Below are positions 8,891-18,291 of a DNA stretch of 64,000 nt, piece by piece. How positions within the stretch are numbered: the stretch's first letter is position 1; every line of letters begins with the position of its first letter. Source of the stretch: a virus; the IMG/VR virus record IMGVR_UViG_3300005529_000001, positions 16,882 through 80,881 of that record, one strand, 5' to 3'. The notes under the pieces were generated by a model that saw nothing but the letters and a program-made list of their open reading frames with translations, was not told the origin of the DNA and did not search any database. The translations under genes were made by a program, and so were the position numbers.

Positions 8891-10320
8891 CAGTCCTCGC
8901 TCTTGTCTCGGGAGACCGCGGCGATGCGTTCGGCTTGTTCGGCAACACTAAGGCTCTTCCACCACTTCCACGTGGCGGGCACCGACTTGTCAACGTCGGC
9001 GTTGTCACGGACCCGGGTGTAGACCGGGAACCGCATCTTGCCGTCCTTCGTCAGCCCGTCCTCAGTGAGGGGATCGGGCTGAGCTTCGCACTCGGCGTTC
9101 TTGCCATTCCAGCTGTCAGCGCCCTCGGCTTGGATCTGAGCGCGGAGAGCATCGTTGAAGCCTCCCCCCACCCGGGTGATGATCTTGTTGGGAAGGACGA
9201 CGTAGAAACCACCGAACTGTCCTTCACGTTTGGTGCCCCGGCGGCCCTCGTAATTGCCGACGATGACGCCCTCGTAAGTGACGACCGGCTTCAGCTTCAG
9301 GATGTTCTTGGAACGCTTCCACTCGTAGGGGGTGTGCATCGTCTTTAGCATCACGCCCTCGTATCCCTCGTCCATGCACCTGGAGAAGTACTGTTTGAGG
9401 ACGTCTTCCTGGAAAGCCATGATGTAAGGAACCTGACGGATTGGTGACGTCTTTTCCTGCTCGAACTCGACACAGGCGAGGACAACCTCTCGGACGAGGT
9501 CGGCGCGCTCAGCGTAGGTCAGCTTCGTCTCCTGAGCTGCCCAGTCGGAGAACGGCATCGCGTCGAACACGTTGTAGTACATGTTCGAGTCGTCTTTCTG
9601 GTCTTCTTTGTGGACCCGGCCCGACATCATGACGCTGGATGACTCGTTCCAGTCAGCCGCCATCCCCTCACCGTCGAGGACGATATCATCGAGCTTCATC
9701 GCCTCTAACGTCGCGCGGATGCGGGGGAGCGACGGGAGCTCGGTGCCGTTGCGGGTGAACAGAGTCACCTTGCCACCGCGCTTGATGGCGATCAAGCGCA
9801 AGCCATCAAGCTTCGGCTCGACACGGACGGGATACGTTACCTTCTCGAGGATCTTGATGCCTTCGCCCTTGACGAACTCGCTCTTCAACGTCTTGGCCAG
9901 AGCGACCTCGAAGCTCTTGATGAGATCGGGCCACACTTCGTTGACAGTTGATTCCTGGACGCCGCAACGAAGATTTTTAAGAAGGATACGCTGGCACCAC
10001 TTCTGTTGGACTTCCGTCGCGCCACTCATGAGCGTCACGACGTAATCCTTGGCTGCGTTTCCCGTCAGGGTTCGGGTCGCAAGCATGCCGGTTATGCCGT
10101 CAAGAAACCTCTCGAGAACCCCATCATCGTTGAGAGGTTTGTTCGTCGGTTTTGGCATCTTGAACTTGGTGACGTAGTAGACCGTGTACGGGTCCTGGGC
10201 CGCGACGAACACCCTTTTCAGGAGTTCGTTCTTGCGAGCTGCTTCCAGGATGTCGATCTTGGCGAGCTTGCCTGAGGTGCTCTCGAGCTCTTCGAGGATG
10301 TCGATGACCGTTCGTGCCAT
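8890..10320 (-). CDS. ATP-dependent DNA ligase
   Basis: motif I EPKLDGLR (KxDG), EGVMLK, LKLK motif V, OB-fold-like C-terminus. Confidence 0.85.
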   Translation of the reverse strand: MARTVIDILEELESTSGKLAKIDILEAARKNELLKRVFVAAQDPYTVYYVTKFKMPKPTNKPLNDDGVLERFLDGITGMLATRTLTGNAAKDYVVTLMSGATEVQQKWCQRILLKNLRCGVQESTVNEVWPDLIKSFEVALAKTLKSEFVKGEGIKILEKVTYPVRVEPKLDGLRLIAIKRGGKVTLFTRNGTELPSLPRIRATLEAMKLDDIVLDGEGMAADWNESSSVMMSGRVHKEDQKDDSNMYYNVFDAMPFSDWAAQETKLTYAERADLVREVVLACVEFEQEKTSPIRQVPYIMAFQEDVLKQYFSRCMDEGYEGVMLKTMHTPYEWKRSKNILKLKPVVTYEGVIVGNYEGRRGTKREGQFGGFYVVLPNKIITRVGGGFNDALRAQIQAEGADSWNGKNAECEAQPDPLTEDGLTKDGKMRFPVYTRVRDNADVDKSVPATWKWWKSLSVAEQAERIAAVSRDKSED

Positions 10321-10347
10321 GGTTACAGTGTACCACAGCGAGTGGCT

Positions 10348-10593
10348 TTAGTTGCACTCAATGAAGTCACCCGGGACAGCAACAGAGATGGTCGAGTGAC
10401 AGCTTGGGCAGTTTCGCAGCTCGAGGTCCGGGATTCCCATGTCCCGGGGCACATACTGGATGCCCACGTACTGGAGCGTTTCCCACTCGTTCTCGGTGAT
10501 CTCGTGCCCACACGAGCACTTCTTGGGCCAACTCTCGACGAACAGCTTCCTGGTCTCAGGATCGTCCATGGCGGCTTGGGCTGGGTGCTTCAT
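10348..10593 (-). CDS. zinc-ribbon small protein
   Basis: CSCGH...CPSCH four-Cys arrangement. Confidence 0.4.
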   Translation of the reverse strand: MKHPAQAAMDDPETRKLFVESWPKKCSCGHEITENEWETLQYVGIQYVPRDMGIPDLELRNCPSCHSTISVAVPGDFIECN

Positions 10594-10799
10594 TCGTCAT
10601 CAACTTCAAGAACATAGAGGGCCCGAGCATGGACGTTAACACATTCCCTGATAGTGGCGACGTCACGGTAACTCAAACCCTGGAACAGAGTGACCACGCG
10701 CGCAGCGATCTCGGCCTGGCGGTCGACGTCCTCTTGGGCCTTAAGCTTCTGGGCTTCAGCCTCAAGCTCGACGATGCGTGTCTTGCGTTCTTCGCTCAT
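10590..10799 (-). CDS. hypothetical coiled-coil protein
   Basis: 69 aa. Confidence 0.35.
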   Translation of the reverse strand: MSEERKTRIVELEAEAQKLKAQEDVDRQAEIAARVVTLFQGLSYRDVATIRECVNVHARALYVLEVDDE

Positions 10800-11062
10800 T
10801 TTGCCTCTTGTTTCGGCGTTGACAACGCGGCAATGAGCAACTGAGCATCGGCAATATCGATCGTCGTCCGGATGGTCTCGTTGTCATCGTTCTGTTGGAC
10901 GATCTCAGCTTCGCCAGTCCGGCGGTTGACATAGACCTGGAGCGTTGAGTCTGGGCCGTCAGTCGTGAAGACTTCCTTCCACTCGTTCCGGTAATCGCGT
11001 AACCAGACCACGTTGTCATCAGCCATGGGCCGACTGTATACCGGCGTACACGCCGTTTGCAA
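10796..11062 (-). CDS. hypothetical protein
   Basis: 88 aa; likely start at internal MADDNVVW. Confidence 0.35.
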   Translation of the reverse strand: MQTACTPVYSRPMADDNVVWLRDYRNEWKEVFTTDGPDSTLQVYVNRRTGEAEIVQQNDDNETIRTTIDIADAQLLIAALSTPKQEAK

Positions 11063-11106
11063 CGCTGGCGGTTACGAACGTCTCAGTTGTTCACGCCTGA
11101 TGGCGT

Positions 11107-11376
11107 TCAGGAAATCGGGACCAGGTCGCCGCAGGCCACATCGCCCCAGTGAGCGTAGATAAACCCGGTGCCATTGGAGGGCAACAGCAGGTAACCGTGA
11201 GCCGACTCATCGGTCTGCGGGTCAGCTCTCCACCGACGGTCTCGGGTCTCCACCGTCCCGGGGTTCCCGCTGGCGTTGGTGAGAGCCCAGGTGCCGATGA
11301 CGGTGCAGACAACCCACCCCTCGATGAACTCGTTGAACTGGCACAGGGTGCCGAGAGGAAGCCTGTCGTTTCTCAC
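11107..11376 (-). CDS. hypothetical protein (possible GTG start overlapping upstream stop, or frameshifted continuation)
   Basis: conserved-looking C-terminal 90 aa of ORF 11107..11877; GTG embedded in ATGTGA junction. Confidence 0.3.
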   Translation of the reverse strand: MRNDRLPLGTLCQFNEFIEGWVVCTVIGTWALTNASGNPGTVETRDRRWRADPQTDESAHGYLLLPSNGTGFIYAHWGDVACGDLVPIS

Positions 11377-11828
11377 ATCGGCTTGACGAGCCGAAGGTCG
11401 TGGATGATGCACCGGCCCACGAACGGGATGACGAAGGTGTGCTTCGGCACCTCTAGGTCGACCTGCTGCCGGGCGACGCGAGCTCGTTCGGTGACTCGCA
11501 CGGTGCCAGCATAGATCATAGACATTCCCCTCGGGACGACGATCAGGTCCTGGTTGCGAGCTATCCGCAACGTCGGGAACGGATAGACCCTCACGTCCCG
11601 CTCGATCTCCGAGAGCTCGAACCTCGCTGTGAACGAGCCACCGAGGTGCAGCGTCTGCTTGAAGCTGCCCGTTGGGCTGCCTGGGTTGATGTACGCTCCC
11701 GGCCGCTCCCTGATCGCAAGCCCGTACTTCTCGTCCGAGTCCTTCCAGGTGATGGTGCGTCGTCCCTCTTTCGGGGCAGCTGCTCTGCGATTGGGATTCT
11801 TCGATGAGTGTGGACGTTTCCAACCCAT
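11373..11828 (-). CDS. hypothetical protein
   Basis: 151 aa, coding-like; the longer overlapping 256 aa ORF is Arg/Pro/Gly-rich in its N-terminal half and judged spurious there. Confidence 0.45.
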   Translation of the reverse strand: MGWKRPHSSKNPNRRAAAPKEGRRTITWKDSDEKYGLAIRERPGAYINPGSPTGSFKQTLHLGGSFTARFELSEIERDVRVYPFPTLRIARNQDLIVVPRGMSMIYAGTVRVTERARVARQQVDLEVPKHTFVIPFVGRCIIHDLRLVKPM

Positions 11829-12080
11829 GGACCAATCTTACCACCTTGAGCGGGCCAGATGCACCGTGCCTGTCCATGTGGTCAAGGATACCACAGTCCT
11901 ACAGCGGCTTACACTGTGGAAAAACAAAGGGCCGGAACCCACGGGAAATCCTCCAAAGAGGCGCTCGGTCCGGCCCGGAGTTACTTGCGGGAATAACGGT
12001 ACCCACGTTCACATTCATTCAAGTCAATATGCACCGCGGACCCAATGTCCGCCGTCCGGCGCGTCCCAATCAAAACAAGA

Positions 12081-12491
12081 CTATGCCTTGGGCTTAGCCC
12101 CTTTCCCGAACTTCTCACCAGCGCTCTCGAAGTTCTCGACGAGCGGAGCGATCATCTCCTTCCAGACCTGGTCGAAGACGAGTTGCTTGCGCGCGTTACG
12201 CTCAGCACGGCTGGGGACGGGCTTGCCGACCCCAAGACGGTGCTTCGTTGCTTGTTCCTTGAGGTTCGCGCGCTTGCCGTTCGGGTTACCGACCTCCTTC
12301 TTCATGGCTTTACGCCAGAGCTTCCTGAACTTTCGTTTCAATTGCCGTGCTTCCTCGGCCGAGAGCTGCTTCAGGGCGCGTTGCATGTCAAGCGATGGCT
12401 TCTCGATCGGGAGGATGCCGAGCTCGAACATGACCGTCTGGATGAAAGCGCGGTCAACGTCGCGCAGGTTTTCTCTAGGCTTAGTCGTCAT
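12081..12491 (-). CDS. hypothetical basic protein
   Basis: 136 aa, Lys/Arg-rich. Confidence 0.4.
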   Translation of the reverse strand: MTTKPRENLRDVDRAFIQTVMFELGILPIEKPSLDMQRALKQLSAEEARQLKRKFRKLWRKAMKKEVGNPNGKRANLKEQATKHRLGVGKPVPSRAERNARKQLVFDQVWKEMIAPLVENFESAGEKFGKGAKPKA

Positions 12492-13029
12492 CGCTCTCTC
12501 CGAACCCGTCTACTTTCAGTGCCCACTTCAGGTAGGTCTTGAGGTACTGCGCTCTGAACTTGTGAAACCGTTTCTTGTCGATCCTGATCCCCAACCGTCC
12601 AGCCAGCTTACGTCCGCGTTCCCATGCTTCGAACTCCTCATCAATGACGTCTAGTCGGTGATGGAGCGTCTTTTTCTCGTTGGGATCGTCCGTGTTGTAC
12701 CCCATCCCAAATCGCTCGTCTTTGCTGCGGTCGCCGATGAGGATGTGCCCACATTCGTGAGTGATGATGTAAAACTGGCGTTCGGCCGACCTGCCGCTGC
12801 TGATTTTGAGCGATTTATTTTCGCTATCGATCTCTCCTCCACCTGTGACTTTCGCAAACTGGACTGAGTAACCCTGCCTGTTGCACCACTCAATGATCAC
12901 CCCGAGAGCGCTGGTGAACTTGAGGTCCCGTTTGTAGCGACGCTGGGCCTCAGCTCGGCGTGCACGGGGAGCCCTACGGAGCCTCTCCGCTGCACGCGTG
13001 CGCCAGACATCAGCCGCAAACTCCGCCAC
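12481..13029 (-). CDS. HExxH zinc metallopeptidase-like protein (ImmA/IrrE-like)
   Basis: ITHECGHIL motif; size 182 aa. Confidence 0.45.
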   Translation of the reverse strand: MAEFAADVWRTRAAERLRRAPRARRAEAQRRYKRDLKFTSALGVIIEWCNRQGYSVQFAKVTGGGEIDSENKSLKISSGRSAERQFYIITHECGHILIGDRSKDERFGMGYNTDDPNEKKTLHHRLDVIDEEFEAWERGRKLAGRLGIRIDKKRFHKFRAQYLKTYLKWALKVDGFGESDDD

Positions 13030-13046
13030 AAAGTCTAGGTATCGTT

Positions 13047-14255
13047 CTACTTCTTGGCCCCCTTGTCCTTGGCGGGTGCCTTGAAGATGCCGGGGATGTT
13101 CGGGATGATCCCGATCCCTGCCTCACCCATCGGGACGCCGAAGACATCGAGGATGTCCTTGGCACAGTACTTGTGGATGCTCTTGGCGAGCCCGATCTTG
13201 TCGATGCCGTGAGCTGTCAGCTTCGACCACAGCGAGATACGGTGCTCTTCGCCCAGCTCCCGCATGATGGCGGTGATGTTCTTGCCCTGCTGCTCGCTCA
13301 GCGTCTCCACGTTCTTGAAGACGTGGTCGCTGACCTTCTCGATGAGACCGTTGCGCTTCTCGTGCGACTGCTTGTCGAACTTGGCTTTGACTGAAGCGGT
13401 GTGGAAACGGTCGACCAGGTCCTCACCCGTTAGGTTGGTGTCGATGTTCTTGCAGTAGTCTCGGAACGCCGACGCTGCGTCGTTGCCGACGAAGACTCGG
13501 ACGATGTTCCAGAAGCGGGGGTCGAGTGGCTTCTCGCTGAGTCCCGCAGCAACCAGCGACTCGTTGACAAACTCCCAACCGCGAGGGGATGGCTGCTGGG
13601 TGTTCGGGTCAGCGCCCTTGGCCGGGTACAGCCAGATGTCTCGCTGCTCGACGAAGTCCGGGATGAAGTAGTGGAGGTTACCACCCTGCTCGGGGTCAGT
13701 GTTCCGTGCCCAGCTGCAAAACTCGGCGGGGGTGACCATCAGGTCCACGACCGCCAGTCGTGACAGCAGCGCCGGATCGATCTCGTTGACCTGGTACTGG
13801 GCGCCGGTGTTGATCGCGGCGTAGACCCTCGACAACGGGTGAAGCTTGTGACCGTTGAGCTCGTGGTCCAGGACGATCTGGAACGAAGCTTGCATGACCT
13901 CGGTCGTGCCTCGGTTCAGCTCGTCGAGGAAGATGACGTGAGGCTCGTCACACGCCATCATGTACCAGTCAGGCGGGTTGAACCTGGTGACGCGGCCGTC
14001 GGTGCTGGGCAAGCCGATCAGGTCGCCCTCACTCATCTGGCCGAGGCGGCGGTCAATGACCTGGTAACCGCCCTCCTTGATGAGGCCTTGCTCGAGGAGC
14101 TGCTTGCGGATGATAGCGCTGACCTGCCTGACAGACTGGCTCTTGCCCCTGCCGTGGTCTGCGCGGAGAAGCACTGACCGTCTGGCGGGCAGCAAGGCTG
14201 CCGTCTCCTTGAAGGTCGTCATTGACATCGTCGTCTCGGAACCGGTGCTTGCCAT
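13047..14255 (-). CDS. AAA+ ATPase, MoxR/CobS-like (AAA_5)
   Basis: P-loop HGRGKSQ, Walker B plus sensor VIFLDELNRGTTEVMQASFQIVLD typical of MoxR/CobS ATPases. Confidence 0.8.
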   Translation of the reverse strand: MASTGSETTMSMTTFKETAALLPARRSVLLRADHGRGKSQSVRQVSAIIRKQLLEQGLIKEGGYQVIDRRLGQMSEGDLIGLPSTDGRVTRFNPPDWYMMACDEPHVIFLDELNRGTTEVMQASFQIVLDHELNGHKLHPLSRVYAAINTGAQYQVNEIDPALLSRLAVVDLMVTPAEFCSWARNTDPEQGGNLHYFIPDFVEQRDIWLYPAKGADPNTQQPSPRGWEFVNESLVAAGLSEKPLDPRFWNIVRVFVGNDAASAFRDYCKNIDTNLTGEDLVDRFHTASVKAKFDKQSHEKRNGLIEKVSDHVFKNVETLSEQQGKNITAIMRELGEEHRISLWSKLTAHGIDKIGLAKSIHKYCAKDILDVFGVPMGEAGIGIIPNIPGIFKAPAKDKGAKK

Positions 14256-14322
14256 TCCTAAAACTCCTCAGAAGAAGTTGATGTTTCAGTGTAACCCAAT
14301 CAGATCGGGCTTTGCATAACCG

Positions 14323-14697
14323 TCAGTCGTCTTCAATCCCAAGAGCTTCGCGTTCGTCTTGTGTCAGTTTCGACAACGCCCGCTTCCGCACCTCTTTGGG
14401 ATCTTCGAACTGGAGAATGATCTCGTCACCAAGGATTGCCATGTGTTCATGGCCATTGTCATAGTAATTGACAATGTTGATAGTGCAGGATTCGATGTCT
14501 CCGGGTGTTCCCATCACCCCTTGACCCTGTGCCAGTCGCTCGGCGACATCACGGCTCGAAGCCCAACCGATCGTTTCGGTGCCGCCGAAGCGACCCTCGT
14601 TCTTATCAACGGGCGCGGTGACCTTGTAAGCGTTGATCGAAGTGATGATGCCCCTGATCTCATCACGGATGTGTGAAGTCTTGTTCCGCCTTGGCAT
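14323..14697 (-). CDS. hypothetical protein
   Basis: 124 aa. Confidence 0.4.
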   Translation of the reverse strand: MPRRNKTSHIRDEIRGIITSINAYKVTAPVDKNEGRFGGTETIGWASSRDVAERLAQGQGVMGTPGDIESCTINIVNYYDNGHEHMAILGDEIILQFEDPKEVRKRALSKLTQDEREALGIEDD

Positions 14698-14727
14698 GGG
14701 AGGAAACTACCACGCCAAGCTCAGCTC

Positions 14728-15135
14728 TTACACCAAGCGTTGTCGTACACGAGCGACCAGCTTTGGCAAATCGTCGGCGAGCTCTTCGTAAACGTGCCAC
14801 TGGGGGCCCATCAGCCGGAAGCACTGGTAGTAGGACATCCGAGCCACGTTCTCAACGAAGTCACGGAAACCGTTGAAATGATCGGGCATCATGGTGTCGA
14901 CGAGGAGGACCCAGTCGCCAATGCGTTGGAACTCGACGAACTGTCGCTTGACGACCGCTTCCTGGAACGCAACGGCAATCGAGTTATTACTGAAATCGTT
15001 GTCGCTCCAGTGACGCTTGCTCAGCACCCCGACAACGTAAGCGATCGTCTCAGGGCTGTGGGGCAAGCCCAACAGTTTTTCAGCAAAGTACTGGCTGACT
15101 CCCGCCCACTTGTTGACTATGACCAGGCCCATCAT
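14728..15135 (-). CDS. hypothetical protein
   Basis: 135 aa. Confidence 0.4.
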   Translation of the reverse strand: MMGLVIVNKWAGVSQYFAEKLLGLPHSPETIAYVVGVLSKRHWSDNDFSNNSIAVAFQEAVVKRQFVEFQRIGDWVLLVDTMMPDHFNGFRDFVENVARMSYYQCFRLMGPQWHVYEELADDLPKLVARVRQRLV

Positions 15136-15160
15136 GAGTAACTACTCGCTCCCAGAGCCG

Positions 15161-15580
15161 TTACTCCCTGTCCCTCTTGCGCTGTTTTTTCTGTGGGCGG
15201 TCTGTATCGTCTGAGGGTTGCCGGTAGGGAGCGTAAGGCGTGTCAGTCAGCACCGCGACACCCGGTTGCTCGACTGGAGCTTCAGGATCGATCTCACGAC
15301 CTGTCTGTTCTTCGGTGAAGAGCGGAGCTTCGAGCACGATGACCCCCTCTTGGGGGCTGTTCACCGGGACGGGCATGACCGCCTTGAACTCAGCCTCTGT
15401 CGGCGGAACCACCCCGATCCTGTTGCACCAGTGAGTCAGAGCACCGTAAGTGCTAATGCCCCTGTCAGCTAGCATCTGCTTCAGCGTCGTCTTCCGACGC
15501 CTGATCATGTCGCTTAGCTTCAGCCGGGGCTGGTGTTTGGGCTCATACAGCCCCGGGGTCCCTCGTCCGTCACGCTGCAT
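15161..15580 (-). CDS. hypothetical protein
   Basis: 139 aa. Confidence 0.4.
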   Translation of the reverse strand: MQRDGRGTPGLYEPKHQPRLKLSDMIRRRKTTLKQMLADRGISTYGALTHWCNRIGVVPPTEAEFKAVMPVPVNSPQEGVIVLEAPLFTEEQTGREIDPEAPVEQPGVAVLTDTPYAPYRQPSDDTDRPQKKQRKRDRE

Positions 15581-15588
15581 GACGGATA

Positions 15589-15891
15589 CTATACTCTCTT
15601 GGCTCGGCGCTGGGCCTCTACGATGTGGAGGAGGTCAGCAATGCCGTGCTGGAACTGCGGCGACTTGGCGATCTCGTCAACCCGCTGCTCGGTCAGCTTC
15701 AGGTTCCATTCGTCAGCAAGTGCATTGACGAACTTCCGCATGACCCGCAACACGTAGTTCCGGGCGGAGGAGTGGTTCATGCTGAACCCAAGCTCCGTCA
15801 TCATGTCCGCGATCTCGCGGTAGTTGTCGCCTTCGTCGTCGGCGACTGTTGCGTAACCGCGATCGACTCTCATTCCCCTGCGCAGTGCCAT
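15589..15891 (-). CDS. hypothetical protein
   Basis: 100 aa. Confidence 0.4.
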   Translation of the reverse strand: MALRRGMRVDRGYATVADDEGDNYREIADMMTELGFSMNHSSARNYVLRVMRKFVNALADEWNLKLTEQRVDEIAKSPQFQHGIADLLHIVEAQRRAKRV

Positions 15892-15894
15892 GTG

Positions 15895-16344
15895 TCACTC
15901 CTTCTTGGGTGGTTCATCGGGTTTTCCCTGTTTCAGGGGCAACGGGATGACGTTCGATGTCTCTTTCTTGCTAGCGTCTGGTTGCTTGGAACCCGGAAGC
16001 ACCCTGCTCGACGGTCGGTTGGTAGGGTGCCTCAGGTTTCGTAGCTGGCCGATCGGGGGTACCACACGGCGACCTCCCGGTTCACCCGGTGTCGGAGCGT
16101 AACCACCCCATCGCAAATCTCCTTGCCGCCTGACGATGGGTGAAGCAAAACGTTGGTTTTGGAACTGACGCATCCTCTCGGAGAGGTCCATGTCAGCGGG
16201 CAACGGTGAGGGCTCGGGTTCTGGCCTGACTGACGGGAGAGGAGAGGGCTGCTTCTCTCTCACGACCAGCCGGAATGCTCCCGCTGCTGATAACAGCAAC
16301 AGGCCGCTTCCCGCGCAATAGAGGACAAAGTCAACTGAAGACAT
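15895..16344 (-). CDS. membrane-anchored Pro-rich protein
   Basis: N-terminal TM helix then PSPLP repeats. Confidence 0.4.
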   Translation of the reverse strand: MSSVDFVLYCAGSGLLLLSAAGAFRLVVREKQPSPLPSVRPEPEPSPLPADMDLSERMRQFQNQRFASPIVRRQGDLRWGGYAPTPGEPGGRRVVPPIGQLRNLRHPTNRPSSRVLPGSKQPDASKKETSNVIPLPLKQGKPDEPPKKE

Positions 16345-16347
16345 CAG

Positions 16348-16482
16348 CTATCGACTTTGCTTTTCTTCTTGGAGTTGACGCTCTCGATGACCCGTAAGGT
16401 CGTCTTCCAACCGACGTAGGTGCCGGCGGCAAACGCGGCTCCGGCGACGACCCCGCCCGCAATGAAAACCCACTTGATCACG
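16348..16482 (-). CDS. small single-TM protein (45 aa)
   Basis: GTG start in GTGA overlap with sigma-factor stop, preceded by AAGGGG; VIKWVFIAGGVVAGAAFAAGTYVGW hydrophobic core; below 60 aa so absent from ORF track as such. Confidence 0.3.
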   Translation of the reverse strand, partial: RDQVGFHCGRGRRRSRVCRRHLRRLEDDLTGHRERQLQEEKQSR

Positions 16483-17293
16483 TGAGCCCCTTTCCGGATG
16501 CAACCCGTTTGACCTCATCCTCGGTGATGGGGTATGACTGCGAATCGGTCTGGTCTTCGACAAGACCGAACCGGAGCCTGAGGATCGCTGCTTCCTTCGC
16601 TGACAGCTCACAGATGACGCTCTTGACGATCTCGAGGAGTTGCTTCTCAGCAACGTTCTCGAAAGGATCGCAGCCTGGGCGGTCATCCTCGACCTTGTCC
16701 TCGATGGTGTCGCCCTCGCCGTTGGCACTGAGCGGTTGCTGGAGCGAGATGGTGCCACGGCCCGAGTGGATCGTTGCCTTGACAACAGTCTCGCTCGCGC
16801 CGATGATCTCCATCAGCTCCTCAGTCGTCGGCTCGGCCCCGTTCAGCTCGCGGTACTCTTCCGCAGCTTGCAACAGCTTGCGTTGCACCGTGACTGCATG
16901 AGCGGGAAGGCGGATGATCCGCTTGCGCTTCAGCACGTGCTGGCCGATGGCCTGCTTGATCCACCACGTTGCATAAGTCGAGAAGCGGAAACCTCGCTTC
17001 CAATCAAAGCGCTCGACTGCCTTCATCAGGCCGATGTTGCCCTCCTGCAAGAGGTCTTCCAGCGGGACCTGGCTGTTCTTGTACAGCTTGGCGATGGAGA
17101 CAACCAGGCGCAGGTTGCACTCAATGATCCGCTTGCGAGCCTTGTCAGAAGCGCCCTTGTCTTCGCCCTCAAACGTCTTGAAGAGCTCGACCACCTCTGG
17201 GTGTTTCAGCTGCGGGAACGCGTGAAGCGCGTCCAGGTATGCGCCGACAACGTTCGTGTCGACGCCCTTTTCTTGGGTCTGCATCAGTTCCAC
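16478..17293 (-). CDS. RNA polymerase sigma factor, sigma-70 family
   Basis: region 2 motif STYATWWIKQAI, region 4-like HTH C-terminus; 271 aa. Confidence 0.85.
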   Translation of the reverse strand: MELMQTQEKGVDTNVVGAYLDALHAFPQLKHPEVVELFKTFEGEDKGASDKARKRIIECNLRLVVSIAKLYKNSQVPLEDLLQEGNIGLMKAVERFDWKRGFRFSTYATWWIKQAIGQHVLKRKRIIRLPAHAVTVQRKLLQAAEEYRELNGAEPTTEELMEIIGASETVVKATIHSGRGTISLQQPLSANGEGDTIEDKVEDDRPGCDPFENVAEKQLLEIVKSVICELSAKEAAILRLRFGLVEDQTDSQSYPITEDEVKRVASGKGLT

Positions 17294-17700
17294 CTCGGTC
17301 GGCCGCCCGTGGCGGCGTAGACGAACGCGCTGTTGTCAAAGTCCCCAGCGGGTAGCTTTGACTCCTCGAGCTCACGCGCTTCCTGCTCTGACTTGAGCCA
17401 AGCGGTGTGAACCTCTCGCCGGCCTCGACGGAGCTGCTGCTCTCGCCGGACATAAGCGATTTCGATCTCCCAGGGCTGGGTATCGAGGCGTGCCTCGAGT
17501 GCCCTGTTGCGATCATCATCGAGCGCTCTCAAGCGGACGATGAGATCCTCATCGAGGAGGGTGCCCAAGATGTCAACGTTGACAACTTCCGGCAGGGGAA
17601 CGACCTGGCGGCGGGGGCGGGAAGGAAGTGAAGTGGTTGACGATGAATCGGAATGCTTCCGGGTCTTCTGCACAGTGGTCCTCGTCTCGTTGGAGCCCAA
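17284..17700 (-). CDS. hypothetical protein
   Basis: 138 aa overlapping sigma-factor start. Confidence 0.35.
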   Translation of the reverse strand: MGSNETRTTVQKTRKHSDSSSTTSLPSRPRRQVVPLPEVVNVDILGTLLDEDLIVRLRALDDDRNRALEARLDTQPWEIEIAYVRREQQLRRGRREVHTAWLKSEQEARELEESKLPAGDFDNSAFVYAATGGRPRWN

Positions 17701-17828
17701 TTGGGCGTGTCACCAGACTTTGACAACCTCACTCGTGCGCACCGTGAGGCTTGCACGCTATGAAGTCAGTTGATGCTAACATAACCACCCGTCATTGCCT
17801 TGTATAGGCTGGATGATCGTGATGAATA

Positions 17829-18011
17829 TCAGCCCAACACCTTGTGCTTCTTGATGTCGCTCAGCGCTCGTGCAACATCAAGCGCCATCGTCATCTGCCC
17901 CTGCGCTTTCCCGCTGATGACGGAAGAGCACAGAGCGTCGGCCGTCCGCAGAGCGGCTTTGAGCAAGACAAGCTGGGTCTCATCCAGAGTGATCGTCACT
18001 GACTTCGCCAT
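17829..18011 (-). CDS. hypothetical small protein
   Basis: 60 aa, preceded by variant of the recurrent promoter motif. Confidence 0.3.
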   Translation of the reverse strand: MAKSVTITLDETQLVLLKAALRTADALCSSVISGKAQGQMTMALDVARALSDIKKHKVLG

Positions 18012-18037
18012 AAGATTTCTCCTGGTTCCAGAGCAGC

Positions 18038-18067
18038 AACCTACATCTACGTTCCGTTAGCTTTCAC
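18038..18067 (-). promoter_or_regulatory. variant of recurrent promoter-like motif
   Basis: plus-strand ctacatctacgttccgttagctttcac; coding-strand GTGAAAG...GTAGATGTAG upstream of 17829..18011. Confidence 0.3.
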
Positions 18068-18083
18068 AAAAGACTTTGTCGGT

Positions 18084-18281
18084 TCATCCTGGGTGAACCA
18101 ACTCGAGGTGATGCTTGGACATCGAGTGACACATCCCCTCGTGGAAAACCACGACGTGGTCAGCCTTGGGAGACCGACGGACGATGTGAACAACCGTGTC
18201 CTTCGGGATCGTTCCCGATGGCTTCAGGTGTTCGACCACGTCCCATAGCTGGGTGGTCAATCTTGCGCGAGCTTTAAACAT
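18084..18281 (-). CDS. hypothetical small protein
   Basis: 65 aa. Confidence 0.3.
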   Translation of the reverse strand: MFKARARLTTQLWDVVEHLKPSGTIPKDTVVHIVRRSPKADHVVVFHEGMCHSMSKHHLELVHPG

Positions 18282-18291
18282 TTTTGTGACT

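Noticed and set aside
16348-16785. 145-aa ORF overlapping the sigma-factor gene
   Set aside because: Arg/Ser-rich alternative frame of the sigma-factor gene. Only its last 45 codons, a GTG-initiated TM peptide, were kept.
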